A DNA stretch of 32,642 nt from positions 16,790-49,431 of the forward strand of contig JAVRCJ020000050.1 of assembly GCA_034530875.2 (NCBI GenBank). The letters run 5' to 3'. Source of the stretch: Nostoc sp. DedSLP01. GTDB taxonomy: Bacteria; Cyanobacteriota; Cyanobacteriia; Cyanobacteriales; Nostocaceae. The notes under the pieces are model-generated. The model searched no databases. It had not been told where the DNA came from and was given only the letters and a program-made list of their open reading frames with translations. Shown piece after piece: positions 17,872 to 28,195 of this stretch (the stretch's first letter is position 1; each line of letters starts with the position of its first letter). The position numbers were made by a program, and so were the translations under genes.

Positions 17872-19734
17872 ATGCTAAAAAATTTAAGCTTACAGAAGCG
17901 TTTAATCATCGGATTTTTATTTATTGGGTTAATGGTATTAGTAGTGGGAATTGTCGGGTGGATTGGTTCTACCCGGATGAATGAAGACATTAAAACATTC
18001 TCAGATAAAACATTTCCTAGCACAGTTAATTTATGGAAAGTCAAAGAAGCACAGACCAGAGTACAAGCATCTGAGAACACCTTACTCTCACCAGTAGTAG
18101 GTACTGAACAGAGAGAAAAAGAAATAACCAAAATAAAAACAGCTTTGCAGGATATGAAAAAAGGATGGGAGTCATACGAAAAGTTGTCTCGTGGGTCTGA
18201 AGAAGACAGGATTTATCAAAAAGTTTTGAGTGCATGGGATAAATGGTCAGCCGTTAGCGAACAGTTTCTTCAGTTGAATGACCAGTATATGAGCTTTGGG
18301 TTAACTAACCCTAGACAAGTGCAGCAGCTATTAGTACAACAGGGAAAAGCTAACACCCCTGAATTCACGAAAACCGAAATAGCTATTAAAGTAGATGTGA
18401 AAATGGTCGATTTTGCAATTGCTGAATTAGAACCCAGCTTCGATACAGCAGCTGACGCAATACTTGAACTACTTACATATAATGCTAATTTAGCAGAAAC
18501 AGCCCAAAAAAGAGCCGATGTTGACGCGAATCAAACTAATTTATTAATATTAATAGGCTTAATAAGTGGTCCTATAATTGCCATTGTTTTTGGTTTGTAT
18601 TTTAGTAAGCCCATTGTTCAAAAACTGAGTGAATTAGTAAAAATTTCTGAGTCTATAGCTGATAGTAATTCCACTGCACAGATAGAATCATCAGATAGAC
18701 AAGATGAAATCGGTAAACTACAAACTGCTTTTTCTACAGTTGCATCTAAAATGGGTGAGTTGGTGAATACTGCCCAGAAAATATCCAGTGGAGATTTAAC
18801 AATACAAATTCAGCCTTCAGATAGTCAAGACGAAATTGGCAAACTACAAAATGCCTTTTACACCATGAACAAGGATTTAAATGCCTTGATTAGACGTATT
18901 CAACAGTCAGGTGTGCAAATTACCACTTCCAGTACACAAATTGCCGCTTCTGGAAAACAATTAGAAGCCACAGTCACAGAACAACTAGCTTCTACTAATG
19001 AAGTTGCTGCTACTGCTCAAGAAATTGCTGCTACCTCCAGAAATTTAGTCAATATGATGAAGCAAGTGGCTGAATTAACTAAAATAACTGCTACTGGTGC
19101 AAGTGAAAGTCGTGATGAATTACAAGAGATGCAAAACACCATGCAGCAATTAACAGAAGCCACAAATTCTATTACTTCCAAATTAGGAATAATGAATAAA
19201 AAAGCCAGCAATATTAATAATGTTGTTGTCACAATTACAAAAGTTGCCGATCAAACCAGTATTTTATCATTAAACGCAGCTATAGAAGCAGAAAAAGCAG
19301 GAGAATATGGGGCTGGTTTTGCGGTAGTAGCGCGAGAAATCCGGCGGTTAGCAAATCAGACTGCTGTAGCAACTTTAGAAATTGAGCAAATAGTTAAAGA
19401 TATGCAATCAGCAGTTTCAGTTGGTGTAATGGAAATGGATAAATTCAACAATTCGGTGAATAATAGTGTTAAACAAGTAGACAAAATTAGTAACCAAATT
19501 GGAAAAGTTATCAATCAAGTCCAAAGCTTACCACCGCAATTTATAGAGGTAAGTGAAAGTATGGAAGAACAGTCTCAGGGAGCTGGACAAATTAGCGAAG
19601 CAATGGAGCAATTAACAGAGGCTTCTCAGCAAACAGTTGATGCTTTACGAGAGACTAATGATGCTTTAGAACAATTAGAAGAAGCTGCACAATCATTAAG
19701 AGAAGAAATATCCCGTTTTCACGTTAAAAATTGA
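17872..19734 (+). CDS. Methyl-accepting chemotaxis protein (WspA-like; 4HB sensor, two HAMP domains)
   Basis: Two TM helices, tandem [12 protein letters not shown] repeats, signalling tip [30 protein letters not shown]. Confidence 0.95.
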   Translation: MLKNLSLQKRLIIGFLFIGLMVLVVGIVGWIGSTRMNEDIKTFSDKTFPSTVNLWKVKEAQTRVQASENTLLSPVVGTEQREKEITKIKTALQDMKKGWESYEKLSRGSEEDRIYQKVLSAWDKWSAVSEQFLQLNDQYMSFGLTNPRQVQQLLVQQGKANTPEFTKTEIAIKVDVKMVDFAIAELEPSFDTAADAILELLTYNANLAETAQKRADVDANQTNLLILIGLISGPIIAIVFGLYFSKPIVQKLSELVKISESIADSNSTAQIESSDRQDEIGKLQTAFSTVASKMGELVNTAQKISSGDLTIQIQPSDSQDEIGKLQNAFYTMNKDLNALIRRIQQSGVQITTSSTQIAASGKQLEATVTEQLASTNEVAATAQEIAATSRNLVNMMKQVAELTKITATGASESRDELQEMQNTMQQLTEATNSITSKLGIMNKKASNINNVVVTITKVADQTSILSLNAAIEAEKAGEYGAGFAVVAREIRRLANQTAVATLEIEQIVKDMQSAVSVGVMEMDKFNNSVNNSVKQVDKISNQIGKVINQVQSLPPQFIEVSESMEEQSQGAGQISEAMEQLTEASQQTVDALRETNDALEQLEEAAQSLREEISRFHVKN

Positions 19735-19744
19735 GCAGAAAAAG

Positions 19745-20503
19745 GTGGTGCTCATGGAAGAAGATAACAATATTAATATAGAACAGCCTATTTTCAATGA
19801 TTGCTGGAATAAAATTGGTGTAATGGGCGATCGCTCTTGTACCGAGTTAAAAACTGTCATCCATTGTTATGAATGTCCAGTGTATGCCGCAGTTGGTGAT
19901 AGTTTACTAGAAAGAGAAGCACCAACAGATTATCTTGAAGACTGGCTTCACATTCTTGAAGAAACATCTGATACGCTTATTCTCGATAGTAATGAACCAA
20001 TTATTCGCACTACTGAAGCTGTTTCTACTATCATATTTAGGCTCGAAAATGAGAGATTAGCCTTACCAGTCCGAATGCTACAAGAAGTTAACCATCCTTG
20101 CGTTATTCAACCCCTACCACATCGCAGCAACCATTTATTTTTAGGTTTAGTCAACATTCGGGGAGAAATTTTACTTTGTGCTTCTCTCAAACATCTTTTA
20201 CATATCCAACCCACTCAGGAGAATATAAATAAGAAAGCAAATAAAAATGATCGACCGACAGTTGAAGAAACTAGTCTTCAACGGATGATTGTAGCAGGAC
20301 AAGGAGAAGATAAATGGGTATTTCCTGTAGATGAAGTGCATGGAATTTTCCGCTTTCATCTCAATGAATTGCAAGATGTACCCGTCGTAATCACTAAATC
20401 TGAAGAAGCTTATACCAAAGGAATCATCTACTGGGAAGGGAAGCAAGTAAATTATCTTGATTCTGACTTATTGTTTTATACCCTCAATCATAAAATTTTA
20501 TAA
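19745..20503 (+). CDS. cheW: CheW-family protein (WspD-like)
   Basis: N-terminal DCWNKIGV.GDRSC...HC..CPVY typical of WspD; LPHR...GLVNIRGEI. Confidence 0.9.
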   Translation: MVLMEEDNNINIEQPIFNDCWNKIGVMGDRSCTELKTVIHCYECPVYAAVGDSLLEREAPTDYLEDWLHILEETSDTLILDSNEPIIRTTEAVSTIIFRLENERLALPVRMLQEVNHPCVIQPLPHRSNHLFLGLVNIRGEILLCASLKHLLHIQPTQENINKKANKNDRPTVEETSLQRMIVAGQGEDKWVFPVDEVHGIFRFHLNELQDVPVVITKSEEAYTKGIIYWEGKQVNYLDSDLLFYTLNHKIL

Positions 20504-20511
20504 TTGGTTAT

Positions 20512-20603
20512 TATATCTCTTGAAAAAGTCCTTCTTTGCGCCTAAGAAAGCGGGAACGCCTAAAGGCGAATGTGTGAAACAAAAATTATTTATGCAAGAG
20601 ACT
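20512..20603. repeat. Degenerate copy of the GACCTCTTGCA-type MITE (reverse orientation) with an internal small repeat
   Basis: Ends TCTCTTGAAAAAGT ... ATTTATGCAAGAGAC resemble the element at 12724-12813 reversed. Confidence 0.45.
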
Positions 20604-20724
20604 CCATGAGTTGCACTCACAAGCAACAATGAAAATTTATTTCCCCTACTTCTACTCCCTACTCTCAAGGCAGGTTTATTGGTAAAATTTCCCTCTATTT
20701 CCCAGTCATTATTCCTAGATATGT

Positions 20725-23527
20725 ATGAGCAATTACACCATTTTTGAACTGTTTCGTCAGGAAGTGGAAACTAATGTTGCTACCCTGAAACAATGTCTTT
20801 CTAGATTACAAAATCAGCCGTTTTCAATGAACGAAATTGAGCAGGCAATACAAGCTGCTCATTCTCTCTGGGGAATTACCAGCATTCTAGAGATGGAAGC
20901 AGCTGCTAATTTGTTGCATCTGATGAAAGATTGCTTCATGGCTGTTCAGAAACAAAATATTAGCTTGAGGGAAGAAGAAATTGATACCTTACTTCATGCT
21001 AGTGATTTGCTCTTAAACATGAGTAAAGCTGCTGAAGATCAGTTAGATACTTGGATGACAAACCACGCTTGGGATTGGAATACAACTCAAAAAACTATTG
21101 CTAATTTAGCAATCAAAGAACAGGTGATAGGTGATAGGGAAAAGGAAAGGGAACAGGAAGCAGAGAGCAACGAGGAAAGTCTCTCTCCTCTGCACCCTGC
21201 ACCCGTCGCATCTCCTCCTCTTGCGGAAGTGTCACACATAAATGGTGATGGTAGTTCGATGATGGATTTGTTTAAATTGGAGGCAGAAGTGCAAGTTAAC
21301 ATCTTGAATAATGGATTATTAGCTATAGAAAACAAGCCTCAATCAGCACAGGAATTAGAAGCTTTAATGCGGGCGGCTCATTCTATCAAAGGTGCTGCGA
21401 GAATTGTCGGGTTAGATGGGGTGGTAGAATTAGCGCATGTGATGGAAGATTGTTTTGTATCTGCTCAAAGCAAAACTATTACTTTGACTCCCGACGATGT
21501 GGATGTGCTTTTGCAAGGGGTAGACTTGCTGCAAAGTATTAGTCAACTCAATGATGTAGAATTACCAGGTTGGTTAGGACAACATCAAGCCGATTTTACA
21601 AATATTCGTGATGATGTGGCGGCAATTTTACAACCGGGGGGTAGAAAACAAAAAGCACAAACAGATTTTGATGCGGATGCAGATATACTCGATCGGTCCC
21701 CAATCCCCAACCCACAGTCCCCAATCTCCAATCCCCAGTCCCCAGTCCCCAGTCACTACTCATGGGGTAGAAAATACTACAAAAAATCAAGATCGTGTGG
21801 TGCGGGTAAGTGCGGATAATTTAAATCGGATTATGGGTTTAGCGGGAGAATCATTGATTGAGGCTAACTGGTTACAGCCTTTTGCAGATTCGATGATGTC
21901 CCTAAAGTCGCGGATGTTGGATATTTCCCGCAGTTTGGAACAGTTGCAGGAGTCCCTCGATCAGAATTTATATGAGCAAGAGGGTAAAGAATATTTAGTG
22001 CAAGCGCGACAGCAAAAACAGGAGTGTCTTGATTATATTGGCGATCGCTTGAATGAGTTAGAGTTATATGTGCGTCGTACTGCTAGTTTATCAGATCGTC
22101 TTTATCGGGAAGTCATTAATTCTCACATGAGACCTTTTGAAGATGGTTTACAAGGTTTTCCGCGCATGATTCGGGACTTGGCACGCAAGTTAAATAAACA
22201 AGTTAAGTTAGAAATTATTGGTAAATCTATACCTGTTGACCGTGATATTCTCACAAAATTAGAAGCACCTTTAACCCATATTCTCAGAAACGCTGTAGAT
22301 CATGGCATTGAACTTCCAGAAGAACGCATTGCTTCTGGTAAATCTTCTGAAGGTACAATTCGTTTAGAAGCCTTTCATCGTGGGGGAATGTTAGCAATTA
22401 CTATTAGCGATGATGGTAGAGGTATAAATCGCGAACAGTTACGCCAGAAAATCATCAGTAAAAACTTAGCAACACTAGACATGGTAGCTCAACTCTCAGA
22501 TGTAGAGTTGATGGAATTTCTCTTTTTACCTGGCTTTTCCACAGTTAAACAGGTAACGGAAATTTCTGGGCGGGGTGTAGGTTTGGATATTGCTAAAAGT
22601 ATGGCACTAGAAGTAGGCGGAACGGTACGCGCAACTTCCCAAGCAGCAAAAGGGACAAGCTTTCATTTTCAACTTCCCCTCACTTTGTCGGTAGTCAGAA
22701 CACTATTAGTAGAAATTTCTGAGAAACCCTATGCTATTCCTTTAGCGAGAATTGACCAAATTGTAAATTTGGAGAGATCGGAAATTACTGATGTAGAAAA
22801 TCGCCAATATTTCACTATGAATAAGCAAAATATTGGTTTAATTGCTGCCAATCAAGTTTTAGAATTACCAGCAGCAAGTCGGCAAAATACTACAGTTTCT
22901 ATTGTTGTAATTAGCGATCAAAATAGTACCTATGGCTTAGTAGTAGATAAATTTTTAGGTGAGAGAGATTTGGTTGTGAGACCCTTAGATCCCCGTTTAG
23001 GTAAAGTTCCTGATATTAGTGCTACTGCTTTATTAGGAGATGGTTCACCCATTTTAATAATTGATGTTTCCGATATGGTACGTTCTATGGATACCATCCT
23101 CAAAGTTGGCAATTTATCCAAAGTGATGATGCCAGATGAATTAGAAAGTATAACTCAACGCCGAAAAATTTTAGTAGTTGATGACTCTATTACTGTGAGA
23201 GAAATGGAACGCAAACTCTTAGAAAACCATGGTTATCAAGTAGATACTGCTGTTAATGGTGTGGAAGGTTGGAATGCGGTACGTACTAACGAGTATGATT
23301 TAGTAATTAGTGATATTGATATGCCTCGCATGAACGGAATCGAATTAGTCAAGCAAATTAAAAATAGTCCTCGCTTAAATTCTTTACCTATAATCATTAT
23401 TTCTTATCGCGATCGAGAAGAAGATAAAATTCAAGGTTTAGAAGCGGGTGCTGATTATTATCTAACTAAGAGTAGTTTTCATGATGATAGTTTAGTTAAT
23501 GCGGTAATTGATTTAATTGGGAATTAG
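20725..23527 (+). pseudogene. cheA: Hybrid CheA histidine kinase (Hpt-Hpt-dimer-HATPase-CheW-REC; WspE-like), frameshifted into ORFs 20725-21819 and 21608-23527
   Basis: Hpt motifs AHSLWG and AHSIKG in ORF1. DRVVRV, RNAVDHG, DDGRG, GRGVGLD, CheW and REC (VVDDS, SDIDMP) lie in the +1 frame. Confidence 0.88.
21698..21753 (+). repeat. STRR-type heptamer tandem repeat (CCCCART x8) within the cheA linker
   Basis: CCCCAAT CCCCAAC CCACAGT CCCCAAT CTCCAAT CCCCAGT CCCCAGT CCCCAGT. Confidence 0.9.
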
Positions 23528-23604
23528 TCATCGATCGTTGCTTATTGGATTATTCGCCCAGTCCTTAGTCTCTAGTTCTCAATCCCCAGTCCCCAATTGA
23601 CTAT

Positions 23605-24618
23605 ATGAAAATTGCTATTGTTAATGATATAAGTATCGCTGTAAATATACTACGACGTATTGTCCAAAGTGTACCAGATTATCAAGTGATTTGGACTGCT
23701 AAAAATGGTGAAGAAGCAATTAGCAAATGTCAGGAAAATCTTCCCGATCTAATATTAATGGGTTTGCTGATGCCTGTGATGGATGGGGTAGAAGCAACTC
23801 AGCAGATTATGAAATATACCCCTGCTGCGATTCTCATTGTCACTGGAAGTGCAGAAGATAATATTTCTAAAGTTTATGCAGCAATGGGTTATGGTGCTTT
23901 AGATGTTATTGATATTCCGGTGATGGATACAGACAATTTTTCCGAGATAACTGATAAATTACTCGGTAAAATAGCGAAAATTGCCAAATTAATTAAAAAT
24001 AGTTTTACACCCAGCAAAATCAAGTTAGAAGGTCAAAATAAACTATTTACATCCACGCAATTAGTAGCAATTGGTGCTTCTACTGGTGGGCCAAAAGCAC
24101 TAGCTACTATTTTATCAAAATTACCTACTAATTTTAATGCTGCTATTGTTATTATTCAGCACGTTGATGGCCATTTTTCTAGCGGTTTTGCCGATTGGTT
24201 AAACCAACAAACACCTTTACCTGTAAGATTAGCAGTAGTAGGCGATCGCTTACAAAAAGGCACAGTTTTAGTAGCAGGAACTAACGATCATCTCTGTTTA
24301 AAACCAGATTTAACTTTAGCTTATACTAAAAATCCTATTGATTACCCTTATCGTCCTTCTGTAGATGTATTTTTTCACAGTCTTGCTCAACATTGGGAAA
24401 AAAAAGGAACGGCAATTTTATTAACTGGTATGGGTAAAGATGGTGCTGAAGGATTAAATGCTTTAAAATTTCAAGGTTGGCATACTATTGCCCAAAATCA
24501 AGAAAGTTGTACTGTTTATGGAATGCCCAAAGCTGCTATAGAATTGAATGCTGCTGTTCAGGTATTATCTTTGGAATGTATTTCAGCGAATTTATTACAA
24601 AGTTTTGCTGTCAAATAA
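23605..24618 (+). CDS. cheB: CheB methylesterase response regulator (WspF-like)
   Basis: [11 protein letters not shown] start; GASTGGP, IQHV and LTGMGKDG Ser-His-Asp triad; RPSVD. Confidence 0.94.
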   Translation: MKIAIVNDISIAVNILRRIVQSVPDYQVIWTAKNGEEAISKCQENLPDLILMGLLMPVMDGVEATQQIMKYTPAAILIVTGSAEDNISKVYAAMGYGALDVIDIPVMDTDNFSEITDKLLGKIAKIAKLIKNSFTPSKIKLEGQNKLFTSTQLVAIGASTGGPKALATILSKLPTNFNAAIVIIQHVDGHFSSGFADWLNQQTPLPVRLAVVGDRLQKGTVLVAGTNDHLCLKPDLTLAYTKNPIDYPYRPSVDVFFHSLAQHWEKKGTAILLTGMGKDGAEGLNALKFQGWHTIAQNQESCTVYGMPKAAIELNAAVQVLSLECISANLLQSFAVK

Positions 24619-24665
24619 TACATAGCTTCAAATAATTACATGGGTTTAAATTTATATTATCCCCT

Positions 24666-26180
24666 ATGGAAGAAAAAATTATAGTTTTATTAATAGACGA
24701 TCAATCTATCATCTGTGAAGCTATTCATCGAATGCTAAAACCAGAAAAAGATATCATTTTTCACTACTGTAATGACCCCACCAAATCGCTCAAATTCGTG
24801 AAAGAATGTCAGCCTACGGTCATTCTTCAAGATTTAGTAATGCCGCAGATGGAAGGTTTATTATTAGTTAAATTTCTGCGTTGTCAAGATGCTATCACTG
24901 TCAATATTCCACTGATTGTTCTTTCTAGTAAAGAAGAACCTACTATTAAAGCTAAAGCATTTGAGTTAGGGGCAAATGACTACTTGATAAAACTGCCAAA
25001 TGCACTGGAATTAATAGCCCGCATTCGTTACCACTCCAAAGCTTATATTAACTTTCTCAAACGACAAGAAGCAGAGGCTTTATTTAAAGCAGAAATCATA
25101 CGTCAAGCCGCATATATTGAGCAAGTTGGCAAAGTCACAACTGCTGCTTCCGATGTAGAAAAAGATGCTTTTGAACCCGATAAATTAGCAGAAGTTGCTA
25201 AACGCAGCGACGAACTAGGACAATTAGCACGGGTTTTTACTAATATGGTAAAAATAGTTAAAACAAGGGAAAAAGAATTAATAACTGCTAATACTCAATT
25301 AGAATCTCTTCTCAAAGCTTACGGGCGATTTGTACCTCACGAATATTTACGATTCTTACGAAAAGAAAATATTACAGATGTTCATTTAGGCGACCATGTT
25401 AGCAAAGTTATGGCAGTGATGTTTAGTGATATTCGCTCTTTTACAACAATCTCTGAAAACATGACTCCTCAAGATAATTTTAACTTTGTTAATGCCTATC
25501 TTAAGCGCGTCAGTCCAGAAATTCGCTCTCACTACGGTATTATCGTCAAATTCTTAGGTGATGGAATGATGGCAGTTTTTCCTGATGGTGCTGATGATGC
25601 AGTAGCCGCTGGTGTTGCTAAACAAGAACGGGTTCATGAATACAATGAGCAACGTGTAAAAAAAGGTTACTTACCTCTACAAGTTGGTATTGGTATTCAT
25701 GTTGGACACATGATGTTAGGGATGGTAGGTGAAGAAAATCGGATGCAGGGGGATGCTTTTTCTGACAATGTTAATTTAACAGCTAGGTTAGAAGGCTTAA
25801 CCAAATTTTATGGTGTATCTTTGCTGATTTCTGAGCAGACATTAGAGCATTTGAGTAATTCGGAAAAATATCAAATTCGCTTTTTAGATCGAGCTGTTGT
25901 TAAAGGACGGAATGAACCTATTTCTGTTTATGAAATTCTCGATGCAGAAATTAATGAAATCAAAAAATTAAAGCTCAAATCCCAGCCTGATTTTGACCAA
26001 GCTTTAGATTATTATCGTCAAGGAAACTTTGAACAGGCAAAAGTTTATTTGTCAAAAGTTTTAAGTGTCAATTCTGCTGACAAAACTGCTGATTTATATC
26101 TGAGTCGAGTGAATTATCTTTTACAATCAGATAATATTCTAGAGAAATGGGATGGTGTTTGGCGTTTTACTGAGAAGTAA
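24666..26180 (+). CDS. REC - HAMP-like linker - class III adenylate cyclase (occupies the WspR position)
   Basis: WspR-like REC (LIDDQ, ILQDLVMP, GANDYLIKLP...ELIARIRYHS); cyclase FSDIRSFT, VKFLGDG, GDAFSDNVNLTARLEG, VKGR. Confidence 0.92.
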   Translation: MEEKIIVLLIDDQSIICEAIHRMLKPEKDIIFHYCNDPTKSLKFVKECQPTVILQDLVMPQMEGLLLVKFLRCQDAITVNIPLIVLSSKEEPTIKAKAFELGANDYLIKLPNALELIARIRYHSKAYINFLKRQEAEALFKAEIIRQAAYIEQVGKVTTAASDVEKDAFEPDKLAEVAKRSDELGQLARVFTNMVKIVKTREKELITANTQLESLLKAYGRFVPHEYLRFLRKENITDVHLGDHVSKVMAVMFSDIRSFTTISENMTPQDNFNFVNAYLKRVSPEIRSHYGIIVKFLGDGMMAVFPDGADDAVAAGVAKQERVHEYNEQRVKKGYLPLQVGIGIHVGHMMLGMVGEENRMQGDAFSDNVNLTARLEGLTKFYGVSLLISEQTLEHLSNSEKYQIRFLDRAVVKGRNEPISVYEILDAEINEIKKLKLKSQPDFDQALDYYRQGNFEQAKVYLSKVLSVNSADKTADLYLSRVNYLLQSDNILEKWDGVWRFTEK

Positions 26181-26260
26181 GTAATTATTTTTGTGTTTGG
26201 TAATTAAACGAGAACAAAAACATTAGTACTAGAGTACGAATTAGCAGAACACGACTACCG

Positions 26261-28030
26261 TTAAAACCCCCGACCACGAGATAAATTCTTGAAGGAGGTA
26301 AACTGATGGTCAAACAAAAGCTTGACTGTCCCAGTTGGGCCATTGCGCTGCTTGCGAACAATTAACTCAGAAATCCCACGCTCAGGTGTATCGGGATTAT
26401 GCATTTCTTCCCTGTAGAGCATGATGACAACATCGCTGTCTTGTTCCACTGCCCCACTGTTTCTTAAATCACTCAATACAGGACGTTTGTCATTGCGATG
26501 TTCAACTTCGCGGCTCAACTGGGATAGAGCAAGTACTGGCACATCCAAATCCTTGGCAAGTTTCTTCAATCCCCGGCTAATTTCCCCAACCCGCTCAGTC
26601 ATGTTGTTTCTAGAATCAGTACCTTCAGCCATTAGTTGCAGGTAATCCACAACAACAAGCCCAACCCCACCGTAATGCGATGAAACCCTGCGAACTTGGC
26701 TACGGATTTCATTGAGGGAAGGGCAAGAGTTATCGTTGATAAAAATCGGTAGTTCGCTCAAAGAAGCGATCGCCTGACTTAGAGGTTGCCACTGGTTGTT
26801 AGAGACTTGCCCAGTTTCAAGAAAATTGTTTTCAATACCCGATTTGCTGCTCAAAAATCGTTGCACGTATTCATCAGTGGACATCTCTAAGCTGAAGATG
26901 CAGATAGGCAATCGGCTCGTTTGAGCGATCGCCAGAGCGAGATTACCAGCCAAAGCCGACTTGCCAACTGAGGGACGAGCAGCCAGCACATAGAACCGCC
27001 CTTTGCGGAAGCCACCGCCGAGCAAACTGTCCAAGTCATAAAATCCGGTGGGCAGTGCTGCTGTTGCAGTACCAGCGTGACGTGCTTCAATCTCGGTGAA
27101 AGCATCAGCCAGGGAGTCCGAAATATGAACCAAATCTGTGGCAGAATGCTCAGACGCAATGCCGTAGACTTTTTGTTCGGCTTCATCAAGGACAATCGGT
27201 AGCTCGGTTTCGGTTGCATAGCCCAGCTTGATAATCTCAGTTCCCGCTTTTATCAACTGCCGCCGCTGGTATTTTGTGACTTGAAGAAGATTTTGGACAG
27301 ATTTTGGAAGGAGAAGTTGGACAAGTTGCAAGCTGAAATACTTATAACTTCGTTAAGGCATTAATCAAGCGATCGCAACTTTGGATAAAGAAAATGGACA
27401 TAATAACAAAAATGGAAGAAGGATATGGACGCAAATCCATATAAATAATACTCAGATGTCAACTTTTCCCTAACTCCTGGGATTTCTTACAGCGTTGCGA
27501 TCGCTTGCCGCCCTTGGCATCGCTATTAGCAAAACCTTTATCTTGCATATAGGGAGATAGTTTGAGCAGCTTAACTTCTTTTATGTTATTTTTTGGACGT
27601 TTTTGGAACGTAAAGTTGGACATACATTTTTGGAAGGTAAAGGTGGACAACCTGTCCAAAATCTTCTTCAAGTCACATATTTCTCCATCACCAAATCGGC
27701 GAAAGCGTCGATGTTCACGGCACTGACAGTGCGATCGACAAGTGTAGCCAGTTTATTGCGTCCACCGATGCGGAACAACAAACCGTTGTCAGATAACCAG
27801 CCCGTGACACAAAGTAAATCGGTTGGTAGTCCTTGGCTGTACAGCCTTTGTGCTGCTTGGTATATGTCCTTGTGGGCGTTAATGTAAAATGTTTCGGCAA
27901 TGAGGCGATCGCTGATTCGGCTCATGGCATTTGGGTCGAGCATGATGCCGCCCAGAATCGCTTCTTCAGCCTCGATGCTTTGTAGTGGTAAGCGGTCTTG
28001 TTGGGATGTAAAGTTTAGTTCGTGTGTCAT
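26261..28030 (-). pseudogene. dnaB: Replicative DNA helicase DnaB (accessory plasmid/prophage-type copy) interrupted by a mini-transposon
   Basis: N-part RLPLQSIEAEEAILGG (28030-27678); C-part AARPSVGKS, VDYLQL, LSQLSR, KQRNGPTG (27269-26261). Removing the insert plus one TSD restores ...LVMEKYQRRQLIKAG..., 453 aa. Confidence 0.93.
27275..27677. mobile_element. 403-bp non-autonomous TGT...ACA mini-transposon (Tn7/Mu/Tn5053-like DDE superfamily ends)
   Basis: Perfect 26-bp IRs TGTGACTTGAAGAAGATTTTGGACAG; 5-bp TSD TATTT (27270-27274, 27678-27682); seven ~19-bp internal TGGA..N..TGGAC(A) sites. Confidence 0.93.
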
Positions 28031-28045
28031 GGTTTACCTCAAAAA

Positions 28046-28192
28046 GAAGTCGGAGGTCGGAAGTCGCAAGTCGGAAGTTAACAAATCAAGAAAGGGAAGT
28101 CAGAAGTCGCAAGTTAAGAGTAAAGAACTGAGGAGCCGGGAAGAAGCCAGAATTTGGAATAAAGTTACTTCCGACTTCCTACTTCCGATTTC
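28046..28192. repeat. Heptamer GAAGTCG-type STRR tracts, with inverted copies
   Basis: GAAGTCG GAGGTCG GAAGTCG CAAGTCG ... and ACTTCCG ACTTCCT ACTTCCG in the intergenic region upstream of dnaB. Confidence 0.7.
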
Positions 28193-28195
28193 AAC

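Noticed and set aside
21608..23527. Independent 639-aa kinase gene with its own start
   Set aside because: The N-terminal residues are out-of-frame linker sequence and it lacks an Hpt; best read as the distal half of a frameshifted cheA.
24666..26180. Calling the terminal response regulator WspR (diguanylate cyclase)
   Set aside because: No GGDEF motif; the output domain has class III nucleotidyl cyclase motifs.
26261..27331. 356-aa ORF as a complete DnaB starting at 27331
   Set aside because: Its first ~19 residues come from the mini-transposon end; the real N-terminus is at 28030.
27275..27677. dnaB interruption as an intein or self-splicing intron
   Set aside because: Not in frame, no intein or intron motifs; terminal IRs plus a 5-bp TSD indicate DNA transposition.
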